Virus record (IMG/VR): IMGVR_UViG_3300022178_002055 | Span: 1-25,635 of that record | Strand: one strand, 5' to 3' | DNA length: 25,635 nucleotides | Origin: a virus | Taxonomy: Duplodnaviria; Caudoviricetes | In this document: positions 17,380 through 25,238 of the stretch, piece after piece | How the letters are laid out: each line of letters opens with the position of its first letter | How positions within the stretch are numbered: the first letter of the stretch is position 1 | The notes under the pieces: model-generated | What the model was told of the DNA's origin: nothing | Database searches by the model: none | What the model saw: only the letters and a program-made list of their open reading frames with translations | Made by a program: the position numbers and the translations under genes

Positions 17380-17404
17380 TTAGAATACTTCCTCTCTCCT
17401 TAAA

Positions 17405-17435
17405 GTATTAAGGGGTAACCTTTAAGCTACCCCTT
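17405..17435 (-). terminator. Hairpin downstream of ssb (partial terminator or stabiliser)
   Basis: GGGGUAGCU-UAAA-GGUUACCCC followed by UUAAUACUUU. Confidence 0.55.
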
Positions 17436-17461
17436 TGTGTTATCCCCCTAACTTAACCTAA

Positions 17462-18037
17462 TTAAAAGGGAATATTATCATCCTCAATGTCCATAGTAGT
17501 GCTGGCCTTAGCTGCTACCTTCTTAGCCTTAGGTGCAGCCACTACAACCTCAATGTCTTCATCCTCAACGTCATCACTGTCGTCATCTACTGGACCATCA
17601 TCATCAGAAACATATGGGATATGCTTAGTGACCTTGATCTTATCCAATCGGGTACCAACGATACTCTTACGAGAGGTATCATAAACTGCTAGGAGTACAT
17701 CCACTGAGGAACCATTACCGATTGTACCATCTTCGTCATAGTCCCAGATAGTGCTATCGTCCTTAACTACCGTAGGTGCCCCACCACCATACTGCTCTTC
17801 CCACTTACGAGTGAATTTAACTCGCGTCATACCGGGGTTGTCAGGTGAGGGGTTCCCCTTCTTCATGGATTTAGATGCCTTAAGCTTTGCCATGTTCTCT
17901 GCATCAAGGTCTACATCAATAGTGCACTGACCACCTACATCCTTGAGGGCATCTTCAAAACCAGTCAAGTCTCGGTTAGATTCGAACACCTTAGCCCAGT
18001 AACCAATACCAGACAACTTAATTTTACGTGTAGCCAT
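17462..18037 (-). CDS. ssb: Single-stranded DNA-binding protein (T7 gp2.5-like)
   Basis: G...WAKV and IGNGS.V motifs, very acidic tail ending DDNIPF, located next to the polymerase. Confidence 0.8.
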   Translation of the reverse strand: MATRKIKLSGIGYWAKVFESNRDLTGFEDALKDVGGQCTIDVDLDAENMAKLKASKSMKKGNPSPDNPGMTRVKFTRKWEEQYGGGAPTVVKDDSTIWDYDEDGTIGNGSSVDVLLAVYDTSRKSIVGTRLDKIKVTKHIPYVSDDDGPVDDDSDDVEDEDIEVVVAAPKAKKVAAKASTTMDIEDDNIPF

Positions 18038-18085
18038 TTGTATTATCTCTTCCTTGTGTGTATGTATATGTAATCTGATACCTGA

Positions 18086-18115
18086 ATAGTAACAGACTCA
18101 TTTGAGTTCAGTCAA
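18086..18115 (-). promoter_or_regulatory. Sigma70-like promoter for ssb
   Basis: TTGACT, 18-nt spacer, TACTAT with TGn extended -10. The spacer holds an ACTCA-AA-TGAGT inverted repeat. Confidence 0.7.
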
Positions 18116-18132
18116 TAGGTATGTTGTACTAC

Positions 18133-18666
18133 CTAATGAATTTCGGAGTAGTTAGCCCCAAATTGTACGTCAACCCCTAGGTCCACGTTGAGTTTGAGTT
18201 TATCGTTGACCTTACCGATGGCCCACTGAAGAACCTTCTCGTGTACCTTCTCCTCCCCCTTGGGTACTGCATTGATGGTCTCGTCATGGAACTGTCCACG
18301 TAGATCAGGCCGTTTAGTTAGGTAGTAGGCAACCCAAGTATCGAAGCAGTAGACACCTGTGCTTTGGTTAAGGGTGCTCCAAACATCCCTCTCGTACCTG
18401 AGGGAGTGCCAAAAACTGCTAACAGGGTTCTTAACCCACATCTGACCTTTAATCTTCCTTATCTCAACCTTTGCTGCTACCTCTTTTACTGCCCAATTAA
18501 TCTCCCAAAAAGCTTCAATTAGTGCGGCAGCCTCCTTCTCTGGCATACCAGTAGTCCTAGAGAGTTTTGACTTGCCTACTCCGTACATAGCGCTGTAAGT
18601 TACAACCTTAGCTTTCTTCCTTACAGCGTGTATTCTCTTGTACCTTTCTTCTCTGCTTTCCTTCAT
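18133..18666 (-). CDS. polA: Family A DNA polymerase, C-terminal piece (motifs B and C)
   Basis: RKKAKVVTYSAMYG (motif B), STLNQSTG, QFHDE (motif C), G.NY.EIH terminus. Own AGGAGG 4 nt before ATG 18666. Confidence 0.9.
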   Translation of the reverse strand: MKESREERYKRIHAVRKKAKVVTYSAMYGVGKSKLSRTTGMPEKEAAALIEAFWEINWAVKEVAAKVEIRKIKGQMWVKNPVSSFWHSLRYERDVWSTLNQSTGVYCFDTWVAYYLTKRPDLRGQFHDETINAVPKGEEKVHEKVLQWAIGKVNDKLKLNVDLGVDVQFGANYSEIH

Positions 18667-19171
18667 TCATCCTCCTAGAGTTTTCTGATATGGTCACCCA
18701 CTGGCAGTTCTCAGGGTAGTAGCCGTTCGTACTATCAAGCCTGTCAATAGAGAGGCCTTCTTCATAACCATTACCCATAGCCCAAGTGTAAAAAGACATG
18801 AAATTCTCTTCCCACTCAGAGCAGATTGAGATACCTATAAACCCGTAATACTTATACCTTTGAGAATTAGGGTTGTGACATCTCTGCTTCATACCTGAAT
18901 GTATGGCATAGAGCTTGTGCCTATATAAGCCGTGGGTAGTTGAGTCTTTTCTATTAACCCTAAGCTTTTCAGACCTTAGGCACCCACAACTTTTTGTACT
19001 GGTTGTTTTACCTGTGACCCTATAAGTAGGCAGCACAATCTCCCCACCACATTTGCAGGTACACCTCCAGTAATGCTTACTGTGTTTACCTAAACCTAAG
19101 TACTCAGTGACAACAAGTCTGTCAAACTCTCTGCCTACTAGGTCACTAACCTTCTTTCTTATAACTGACAT
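18608..19171 (-). mobile_element. HNH-superfamily homing-endonuclease-like CDS inserted in the polymerase gene (start 19171 or 19180)
   Basis: DLVG.EF.RL.V, W.C.C.CG, SCGC, HG, M..RC, Y..YG..GI.IC..W and SIDRLD...Y.PENC.W pattern of phage HNH endonucleases. Confidence 0.85.
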
Positions 19172-20498
19172 AAAAATCATAGTCCTCTTGAGAGAGCATA
19201 CCAGCAACAACTGCAAGTTTAAGGTGTGGGTCGTAGTCATCCCTTGTCTGCTCTTCAACAAGAGTTGGGTCGAGAGGCTTTACATAGTGCCTCTTAGTAG
19301 TATCTTCAAGGGACACCATGTCAGCACCACAAAGTACATGACCCTCTGGGGCAATCAAGCAACCCCTAATCTCCTTGCCCCAAGGTTTATCTACTCCGGG
19401 GAGATTGACTAGAGGTTTAGAGTGTTTGAAGCGTAGGGTATTCGTTAGGCCAGCAATCTCTGCCTTAAGCTTACCGTCAACTTCCATGTCTCTGAATGCC
19501 TCGAAGATACTTAGTCTATGTTGGATAACTGTTAGTCCATCAAGTACCCCAACTGATTGGTCTTTCTCAATTAGCAGTTTAACTGACTCAGTTAGTTCAC
19601 CATCCTTCCTTACCTGAGGTACCTTACGTTCATCCCCTGTCTTGTCGTCCTTCTTGTAGTCGAAGGTACAGGGTTCCCAACCTAGACCATAGAGCCAATC
19701 CTTTACTTGGTCTGAACTCTGAGGGTTAGGGTCAACCTCTTCCTTGAAGACTCTAACATCTTCTTGGTGTGTTCTATCTAAGCCCTCTTGGTCCAATACA
19801 TCGAACCACCCCTGACCAGCCACTGAGGCTGTACCATCTTTCTTGAAGAGAACCTTTGGGGGCTTAGCTATCTTGTACACCTTATGCTTAGGCATAACCT
19901 TGACTAGCTCTGTCTTCTTCTCCTTTTGTTGTGCTGTCAGTGTCTCGATGTGCTTAAGGACTGCAACAGTGTCTACGGGCCATCCTAAGGCCTCCTGAGT
20001 GCTAGCACACTTCATCTTGAACATGAGGTACCCAAGGAACTTCTCTAGGGCTGTACGGTCCTTATAGAGGAAGAGGAGACGTTTGATTAGATCATTCCAG
20101 AGAGCCATGTTGATCTTAACATCTTCTTGGCAACGATGTGTGTACTCCTCTCTAGTTAACCCTTCCCAGTCAGTGATCTTGGGTTTAGGGATACCGTAGT
20201 CATCACCGAAAGAGTCTAGGCCATGCTTGAGTCTATTGGTATTCAAGTACCACGACATAGGAAGAGTGTCATAGAGCTTGGCTTTAATCTCGATGTTGAG
20301 GAGCTTCTCTAGGAGTGGTACATCATAGCGATAGATGTTGTGTCCAATTAGGACCTTCTCTGTAGTTAGGAACTCCCTCATGTCATCATAGTGATGGACT
20401 GAGTGTACTTCAGTAGAACCTAGAGGTTGGTATGACAATACATGTAGCTTTGTTGCCTCCTCTAGTAGTCCATCAGCTTCTACATCAAATACTGCCAT
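19146..20498 (-). CDS. polA: Family A DNA polymerase, N-terminal piece (3'-5' exonuclease, thumb, motif A)
   Basis: FDVEADG (ExoI), GHNIYRYD (ExoII), C.EDV (ExoIII), T.TLRFKH, LVNLP, IRGCL, GADMVSLE (motif A), DPH, then TAG. AAGGAG RBS. Confidence 0.92.
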   Translation of the reverse strand: MAVFDVEADGLLEEATKLHVLSYQPLGSTEVHSVHHYDDMREFLTTEKVLIGHNIYRYDVPLLEKLLNIEIKAKLYDTLPMSWYLNTNRLKHGLDSFGDDYGIPKPKITDWEGLTREEYTHRCQEDVKINMALWNDLIKRLLFLYKDRTALEKFLGYLMFKMKCASTQEALGWPVDTVAVLKHIETLTAQQKEKKTELVKVMPKHKVYKIAKPPKVLFKKDGTASVAGQGWFDVLDQEGLDRTHQEDVRVFKEEVDPNPQSSDQVKDWLYGLGWEPCTFDYKKDDKTGDERKVPQVRKDGELTESVKLLIEKDQSVGVLDGLTVIQHRLSIFEAFRDMEVDGKLKAEIAGLTNTLRFKHSKPLVNLPGVDKPWGKEIRGCLIAPEGHVLCGADMVSLEDTTKRHYVKPLDPTLVEEQTRDDYDPHLKLAVVAGMLSQEDYDFYVSYKKEG

Positions 20499-20532
20499 AC
20501 CATATGTCTCCTTGTCTTTGTGTATATCTTAG

Positions 20533-20721
20533 TTAGTCACCATAGCTCTCTAAGCTCTTAGGTGGGGTATACATTGAGCATCGGTTACTCATATCTGACA
20601 AGGCACATGGTAGCCCAAAGTCAGCTGCATCCTTAGCTACCCCCTCGTCATAATACCTGAAGCAGTCAGTGTTCAAGCAGTCACTCTTACAGAACGTCAT
20701 ATCTTTATAGCATAGTGCCAT
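20533..20721 (-). CDS. Small Cys-rich hypothetical protein
   Basis: CY.D.TFC...C....C.R pattern; GGAG RBS. Confidence 0.65.
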   Translation of the reverse strand: MALCYKDMTFCKSDCLNTDCFRYYDEGVAKDAADFGLPCALSDMSNRCSMYTPPKSLESYGD

Positions 20722-21115
20722 TGTTATTCTCCGTTTGTGTTGGGTTGTTGTAGCTTACCTTACCATCTTTCTGGAGCTTGTCTAAAATAGTGGCCTCGTA
20801 GAAAGTAATACCTAAGGACTGAGCTAGTTTATACATCTCATCTTGAGTTTTGGCTTCAGCCTTTTCGTACCAGCTGGCCTTACGATACCCACAAGCAGTG
20901 ATAGATGGTGGCCCCAGACAGTCATCATAAGGCTCCATATGGGAACTAAACTTGAGGTAGCAACCCTCCAGACCACTTTTAACTGCCTTCTCAATTAGGT
21001 TATTACAAATCTGAAACACATCTTCTGGGGAGTACTCTTGATGGTCTTGGAGATACTCCTTTTCGTCCCACAACTCAATGTCTCTCCAGACTCTATAATC
21101 AGTATAGTCTGTCAT
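20705..21115 (-). CDS. Hypothetical protein
   Basis: 136 aa, GAGGAG RBS. Confidence 0.7.
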   Translation of the reverse strand: MTDYTDYRVWRDIELWDEKEYLQDHQEYSPEDVFQICNNLIEKAVKSGLEGCYLKFSSHMEPYDDCLGPPSITACGYRKASWYEKAEAKTQDEMYKLAQSLGITFYEATILDKLQKDGKVSYNNPTQTENNNGTML

Positions 21116-21127
21116 CGTTATTCTCCT

Positions 21128-21301
21128 CTACCAATGGTCAATAAAGTCTGGGGCATTAGTGCAGACTTCGTAGCAACTGAACCAGTGGGTTCTGCCAGAC
21201 TCTTCTTTAAGGAGTTCAACCAGCTCCTTTGCTACCTCCTCTGTGTCACACACTGCTACTGGCTCTACTTCACTTTTAGTGTGAATAGGGTATACATACA
21301 T
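21128..21301 (-). CDS. Hypothetical protein (57 aa)
   Basis: AGGAGAG before ATG 21301 (MYVYP...) favours this start over 21364. Confidence 0.6.
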   Translation of the reverse strand: MYVYPIHTKSEVEPVAVCDTEEVAKELVELLKEESGRTHWFSCYEVCTNAPDFIDHW

Positions 21302-21317
21302 ATCGTCTCTCCTATTT

Positions 21318-21641
21318 CTAACTAAACAACTTAACCCAGTCAGTATCCTCTGGCATAAGCTCAACCATACCGGGATACTCTTCTAGGTAATAAGATGCTA
21401 TGTGTGCATTGTTCATGCGTAATCCATAAGTTTCCTTGGAGCAGATATACTCTGATCCAGTAGACCCATGAAAGATGAGGTAGTCTCCTCCATCTAGTAC
21501 TGAGGTGATCCCACTATTGAGCCTCCAAGAGTCTCCTGTAGTGTAACCCCCTGACCAACCACCAAGTACCCTGTAGTGTAGGTCTCCTTCCTCAGCCACA
21601 TTAATCTTTAGGACAACCCAGTTATCTGGAGTATATCTCAT
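21318..21641 (-). CDS. Conserved phage hypothetical protein
   Basis: YTPD.WV, GWSGGY..GDSWRLNSGI and G.TGS.Y.C pattern, recognisable from many phages; ATGA coupling. Confidence 0.75.
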   Translation of the reverse strand: MRYTPDNWVVLKINVAEEGDLHYRVLGGWSGGYTTGDSWRLNSGITSVLDGGDYLIFHGSTGSEYICSKETYGLRMNNAHIASYYLEEYPGMVELMPEDTDWVKLFS

Positions 21642-22174
21642 TTTAATACCTCTACCTTAGCTACTGAATCAAGGACACCATCGGTGAAGGTTAGGGTGAT
21701 TGAGTGGGTATCACCTAAGTCAGCTTGGTCGAAAGCCCAATGACCCCACCTTTGACACCCAGTCAACACCACTGTCTCGACCTTGGGGACGGGTTTCTTG
21801 CGGTATGTGCTTGTTCTATACCACAATGGGCCATGCTCAAACCACCTGTCACCGCTATAAAACTCATACGGCCCACCATCATCCTTAAGCGCCTTCTGTG
21901 TTGCTTCATCCAGTAGGCCGAAGGGTGTAGTTATTGTGGTTAGGTCGATGGGGGGAGCTACTGGTGTAGCACGAGACACGATTTCGAAGTAGCCACTCGT
22001 ATCTCCAAGAGGTACCCAACTATTTTGAACAGTATTATTATATGCGGCGACCCCATACTCCCCACCCCGAACTTCGTAGTAATCACCAACATACATGTGG
22101 AATTCATCATGCCATCCAGTACGCTTGATGATATCACCAACCTGCACGCCTAACTCTTTCAATGTCTTTCCCAT
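21638..22174 (-). CDS. Hypothetical protein
   Basis: 178 aa, AGGAG RBS. Confidence 0.7.
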   Translation of the reverse strand: MGKTLKELGVQVGDIIKRTGWHDEFHMYVGDYYEVRGGEYGVAAYNNTVQNSWVPLGDTSGYFEIVSRATPVAPPIDLTTITTPFGLLDEATQKALKDDGGPYEFYSGDRWFEHGPLWYRTSTYRKKPVPKVETVVLTGCQRWGHWAFDQADLGDTHSITLTFTDGVLDSVAKVEVLK

Positions 22175-22196
22175 CTGTATTATCTCCTATTCATGT

Positions 22197-23780
22197 TTAA
22201 GTGTCACATTCAGTCAAGATAGTTGTCTCTGGTTCATAGTACACTGATCCAGCTGACCCTAGCTTACTGAATGGTCTGTTCTTATCAATCTTGAAGTGCG
22301 TAGTGTTCTGTAGAATCTCATCATCTGACTCAAGGTCTCTCTCAAGTAGTACACAGATAATAGCTTCTTCTTCTAGGGCAGCAGCGTATTTGGTCCTCCC
22401 GTCGTCATTGACCTGAGAGATAAAGATAACCCCGATGTTCAACTCCTTGGCCATCTGAGCCATACGAGAGCCTAGTGCAGTTAGCATTGAGGTAGCACCA
22501 TCTACTCCAGTCTGACTTAGATAAGCTAGACGTTGGATATGGTCCACAAAGATAAAATCAGCACCATACACTGAAGCAGCTAGACGAACATACTCCAAGA
22601 TTTTCATTGGGTCATCATGGATTCTCATCTCAAAGATGATAGTGCGTTCATTATCTGTAGCTCGTTTAGCTGCCTCAATAACCTGTAGCTCAGTTACTCC
22701 ATTATCTCTGGCATCATCTTTTGTACGTACATTAACACCTAGATCATAGGTTGCCATAGCACGGTAGGTAGTACTCTTCTGCTCCTCTGCATGAAGTAGG
22801 GCAATGCGGGTATCCTTGTCCTTTAGCATAGCAACTTCAAAGTAGCGTACAAGCTCTGTCTTACCTAAGCCACGAGGTGCCTTGATGAAAGTAAGCCCAC
22901 CCTTAACTAACCCCCGTAGTTTATCGTCCCAACCTGTATGACCAGTTGGTACATACTCATATGGGTTTTCCTCAGTGATAGCCTTCTCTACATCTGAGTC
23001 TGAACAAAAGAAGTTGTCGGGGGAGTATCGCTGAGGTTTAAGCGCAGCCCACTTGAGGTCCTCCTTGTCACCCTTCTCTAGGAACTCATTAGCATCTTTC
23101 CACTTGGTTAGTGGGACGTAGTAGAAACGCTCAGGGAGTGCAGCATATAGTTTCTCAGCTGCCTTACGTCCTGCATCATCACTAAGTTCACCAGCATATA
23201 CTACCTCTTGGAATGACGACAGATAAGCATAGTTAGCTTTGATGAATGCTTCCCCAATAGATGCACTAGGGAGAGATTTAACTGGGTACGTCTTACCTAA
23301 GACCTCATAGAGTGAGGCTGCATCAAACTCTCCCTCAGTAATATAGATACGTTTAGAGGAGCCAGCATTGAAATCTGGACCAAAGAGGTGGACCATCTTC
23401 TGACCCTTCTCCTTCATCCATGACTTCTTCTTGTCGTTGTAGTCACGGTACTTAATGTTGTTAGGGTATTTGTAGGCGTATCTTACTGGAACTCCATCGG
23501 CATCAGTTTGGACTTGGATACCATAAATCTTGCAGACCTCTGGACTGATACTACGGATGTTGTCGTAAGTTACACCAGTTACGGGTGTATTCATGATCTG
23601 CTCCATTGTTTTAACTGGGTATTCTTTTTCTGCCCAACTGAACTTAGGTTTCTTTGAGGGGTAACCTTCCCCACAAGAATGGCACTTCCCAAATCCATCG
23701 CTGTTCCACGAGAAGGCATCTGATGAGCCACAGTCAACGTAGGGGCAGGGTTGGTGTATCTTATCTTCTGTTGTACTCAT
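22197..23780 (-). CDS. DNA primase-helicase (T7 gp4-like)
   Basis: Zn ribbon CP...CGSSDA...CHSC, TOPRIM ITEGEFDA, KDANE, Walker A APRGLGKT, FVDH, ISQ, K.R. GAGGAG RBS. Confidence 0.93.
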   Translation of the reverse strand: MSTTEDKIHQPCPYVDCGSSDAFSWNSDGFGKCHSCGEGYPSKKPKFSWAEKEYPVKTMEQIMNTPVTGVTYDNIRSISPEVCKIYGIQVQTDADGVPVRYAYKYPNNIKYRDYNDKKKSWMKEKGQKMVHLFGPDFNAGSSKRIYITEGEFDAASLYEVLGKTYPVKSLPSASIGEAFIKANYAYLSSFQEVVYAGELSDDAGRKAAEKLYAALPERFYYVPLTKWKDANEFLEKGDKEDLKWAALKPQRYSPDNFFCSDSDVEKAITEENPYEYVPTGHTGWDDKLRGLVKGGLTFIKAPRGLGKTELVRYFEVAMLKDKDTRIALLHAEEQKSTTYRAMATYDLGVNVRTKDDARDNGVTELQVIEAAKRATDNERTIIFEMRIHDDPMKILEYVRLAASVYGADFIFVDHIQRLAYLSQTGVDGATSMLTALGSRMAQMAKELNIGVIFISQVNDDGRTKYAAALEEEAIICVLLERDLESDDEILQNTTHFKIDKNRPFSKLGSAGSVYYEPETTILTECDT

Positions 23781-23817
23781 TAAGGTTTAGTTCTCCTCTA
23801 ACGTACTTGCCATTGGT

Positions 23818-24021
23818 TCACTTCGCATCCTCCAATTCGATCAGCGCATTCAGCGCGGCTATGGTCAGGGCTAGGGCGGGGGTGGAGGCTTTTGCCTCAT
23901 TGTGGCGATGCGTGCCTCTGTTTTCGGGTTCTTTGTAGTGCGGAGACATCGGCATGGGGCACACGCCACCGCACTGCGACCAGTCATCCCCACTTACCGC
24001 GCCGCATTTCTGGCACGCCAT
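23818..24021 (-). CDS. Small Cys-rich hypothetical protein (67 aa)
   Basis: CQKCG...W.QC...CP; AAGGGG upstream. Confidence 0.55.
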   Translation of the reverse strand: MACQKCGAVSGDDWSQCGGVCPMPMSPHYKEPENRGTHRHNEAKASTPALALTIAALNALIELEDAK

Positions 24022-24022
24022 A

Positions 24023-24157
24023 TCACATTTCCCCTTTCAGAATGTCTCTTACCTGTCCAGAGAGATGGGAGGATGTGTGAACCACACTCTTTGGGTGAAC
24101 AGGACATTTCCCACCACTCCATGTATGAATTTCGCCGTCTTTGTTGTTGTCACTCAT
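24023..24157 (-). CDS. 44-aa short paralog of the 24259-24591 protein N-terminus, missed by the ORF track
   Basis: GAGGAG RBS. Reads MSDNNKDGEIHTWSGGKCPVHPKSVVHTSSHLSGQVRDILKGEM*. Confidence 0.6.
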   Translation of the reverse strand: MSDNNKDGEIHTWSGGKCPVHPKSVVHTSSHLSGQVRDILKGEM

Positions 24158-24194
24158 ATCAATCTCCTCTGTCATGGTATCCAGTTGAATGGGT

Positions 24195-24266
24195 TTAGGC
24201 GGCCATTAGATACGCCGTGATAAGTATGAAAAGAGCAATGCAGGTGATGTAGAGAGTGTTAGACAT
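24195..24266 (-). CDS. 23-aa single-transmembrane microprotein, missed by the ORF track
   Basis: GAGGTG, 7 nt, then ATG overlapping the upstream gene end. Reads MSNTLYITCIALFILITAYLMAA*. Confidence 0.5.
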   Translation of the reverse strand: MSNTLYITCIALFILITAYLMAA

Positions 24267-24591
24267 CTTCCAGCACCTCGATCACGCGAATGGTGCGGCC
24301 AGTCCTGCTAAGCCAAGACGCGGCAATATCTGCGGTTTTGTATGCCATAACACGTCCGTCAGCATAAACATTCACCCACAGTTCCAGCGGCTTCGGGGGA
24401 GCTACTGGCTCGATGTGCTGCTTGGTAATGCGGAACAGGAGGGGTTTGAACCAATAAAGGTCCGCTGCCTTAGCTGCGAGAATCCACCGCCCTCCATAGG
24501 ATACGTCAACCACACTCTTTTGGTGAATAGGACACTTACCACCACTCCAAGTGTGTATTTCGCCGTCGTTGTAGTCGATTTCTTTAAGCAT
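24259..24591 (-). CDS. Hypothetical protein (W.GG.CP domain)
   Basis: 110 aa, AGGAG RBS. Confidence 0.7.
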   Translation of the reverse strand: MLKEIDYNDGEIHTWSGGKCPIHQKSVVDVSYGGRWILAAKAADLYWFKPLLFRITKQHIEPVAPPKPLELWVNVYADGRVMAYKTADIAASWLSRTGRTIRVIEVLEDV

Positions 24592-24624
24592 CTTATTTCT
24601 CTCCTATTATATCCATAGTAGTAT

Positions 24625-24816
24625 CTAATTATTGTACTCTTCTCTAACCTCACGGAATGTTGATACAAGCATTGAAGTCATATCTTCATAACCATCTGAC
24701 CCCTTAAGGCAGGTCTTACCTTTACTGTTCAAGTAGCACTCATAGACTACATCCTTCTTGTAACCACAAGATGATGAGGTTAGGCACACATATCTTTTAC
24801 CTTGCTTGAAGTTCAT
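24625..24816 (-). CDS. Hypothetical protein (63 aa)
   Basis: GAGGT RBS; first gene after the 24862-24891 promoter. Confidence 0.65.
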   Translation of the reverse strand: MNFKQGKRYVCLTSSSCGYKKDVVYECYLNSKGKTCLKGSDGYEDMTSMLVSTFREVREEYNN

Positions 24817-24861
24817 ACTCTAAGTACCTCTTCTCTTTCTCTAGCTTTAACCTAAGTTGAA

Positions 24862-24891
24862 ATAGTAGCAGTAGTTCATCCTTCAAGTCAA
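24862..24891 (-). promoter_or_regulatory. Sigma70-like promoter for the small-gene/primase operon
   Basis: TTGACT, 18-nt spacer, TACTAT with TGn extended -10. Confidence 0.7.
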
Positions 24892-24999
24892 GTGTGACCT
24901 TAAGGGTCTTATCATGTTGCCATCAAGGCGTTACCTCAAGGGATAGGGTGGAGCTAAGGGGGCGTAGCTTCCGCTACTGGACGACACAAAAGAAGTAAG

Positions 25000-25175
25000 G
25001 TTTTTATTTATATAATATTAATCTAATTAGACTAAACCACCTTAAGTAATACATTAAGTATCCCATTAAGTACCCTTAAGTATTATAAGTAATATAATAA
25101 GTAATATAAATAATACATTAAGAACCTTAATGTAGAAACCTAAAGTATACCTTAAGTATCTACATTAAGTATTCT
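25000..25175. repeat. AT-rich array of TTAAGTA-type short repeats
   Basis: TTAAGTA at 25042, 25054, 25066, 25076 and about 25152 and 25165, plus degenerate copies (ATAAGTA, TTAAGAA, TTAATGTA, TAAAGTA). Confidence 0.75.
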
Positions 25176-25238
25176 TATATAGGACTCGTTGATCCAACTT
25201 CAAGGGGCAAGAGAAGATTTATTTTGTCATCTCTCATT

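Noticed and set aside
18715-18747. Internal promoter for Pol-C (TTGACA...TACTAC) inside the HNH ORF
   Set aside because: The spacer is 20 nt, unlike the 18-nt class, and TTGACA is explained by the IDR codons.
18667-19145. Group I intron in the polymerase gene
   Set aside because: The interval is wholly endonuclease-coding and no P7-type core sequences were recognised. A 9-bp inverted repeat (19025-19033/19131-19139) alone is insufficient. Not formally excluded without RT-PCR.
18640-19155. T4 gene 60-type ribosomal bypass joining Pol-N and Pol-C
   Set aside because: A small hairpin covers GGU-UAG, but there is no matching Gly codon in the Pol-C frame between its upstream TGA and motif B, and the gap is about 480 nt.
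24080-24567. Diversity-generating retroelement TR/VR pair
   Set aside because: Differences are not adenine-specific, are mostly synonymous, and no RT is present.
25040-25175. CRISPR or mini-array
   Set aside because: Repeats are 7-8 nt with 3-5 nt gaps; there are no spacer-sized unique sequences.
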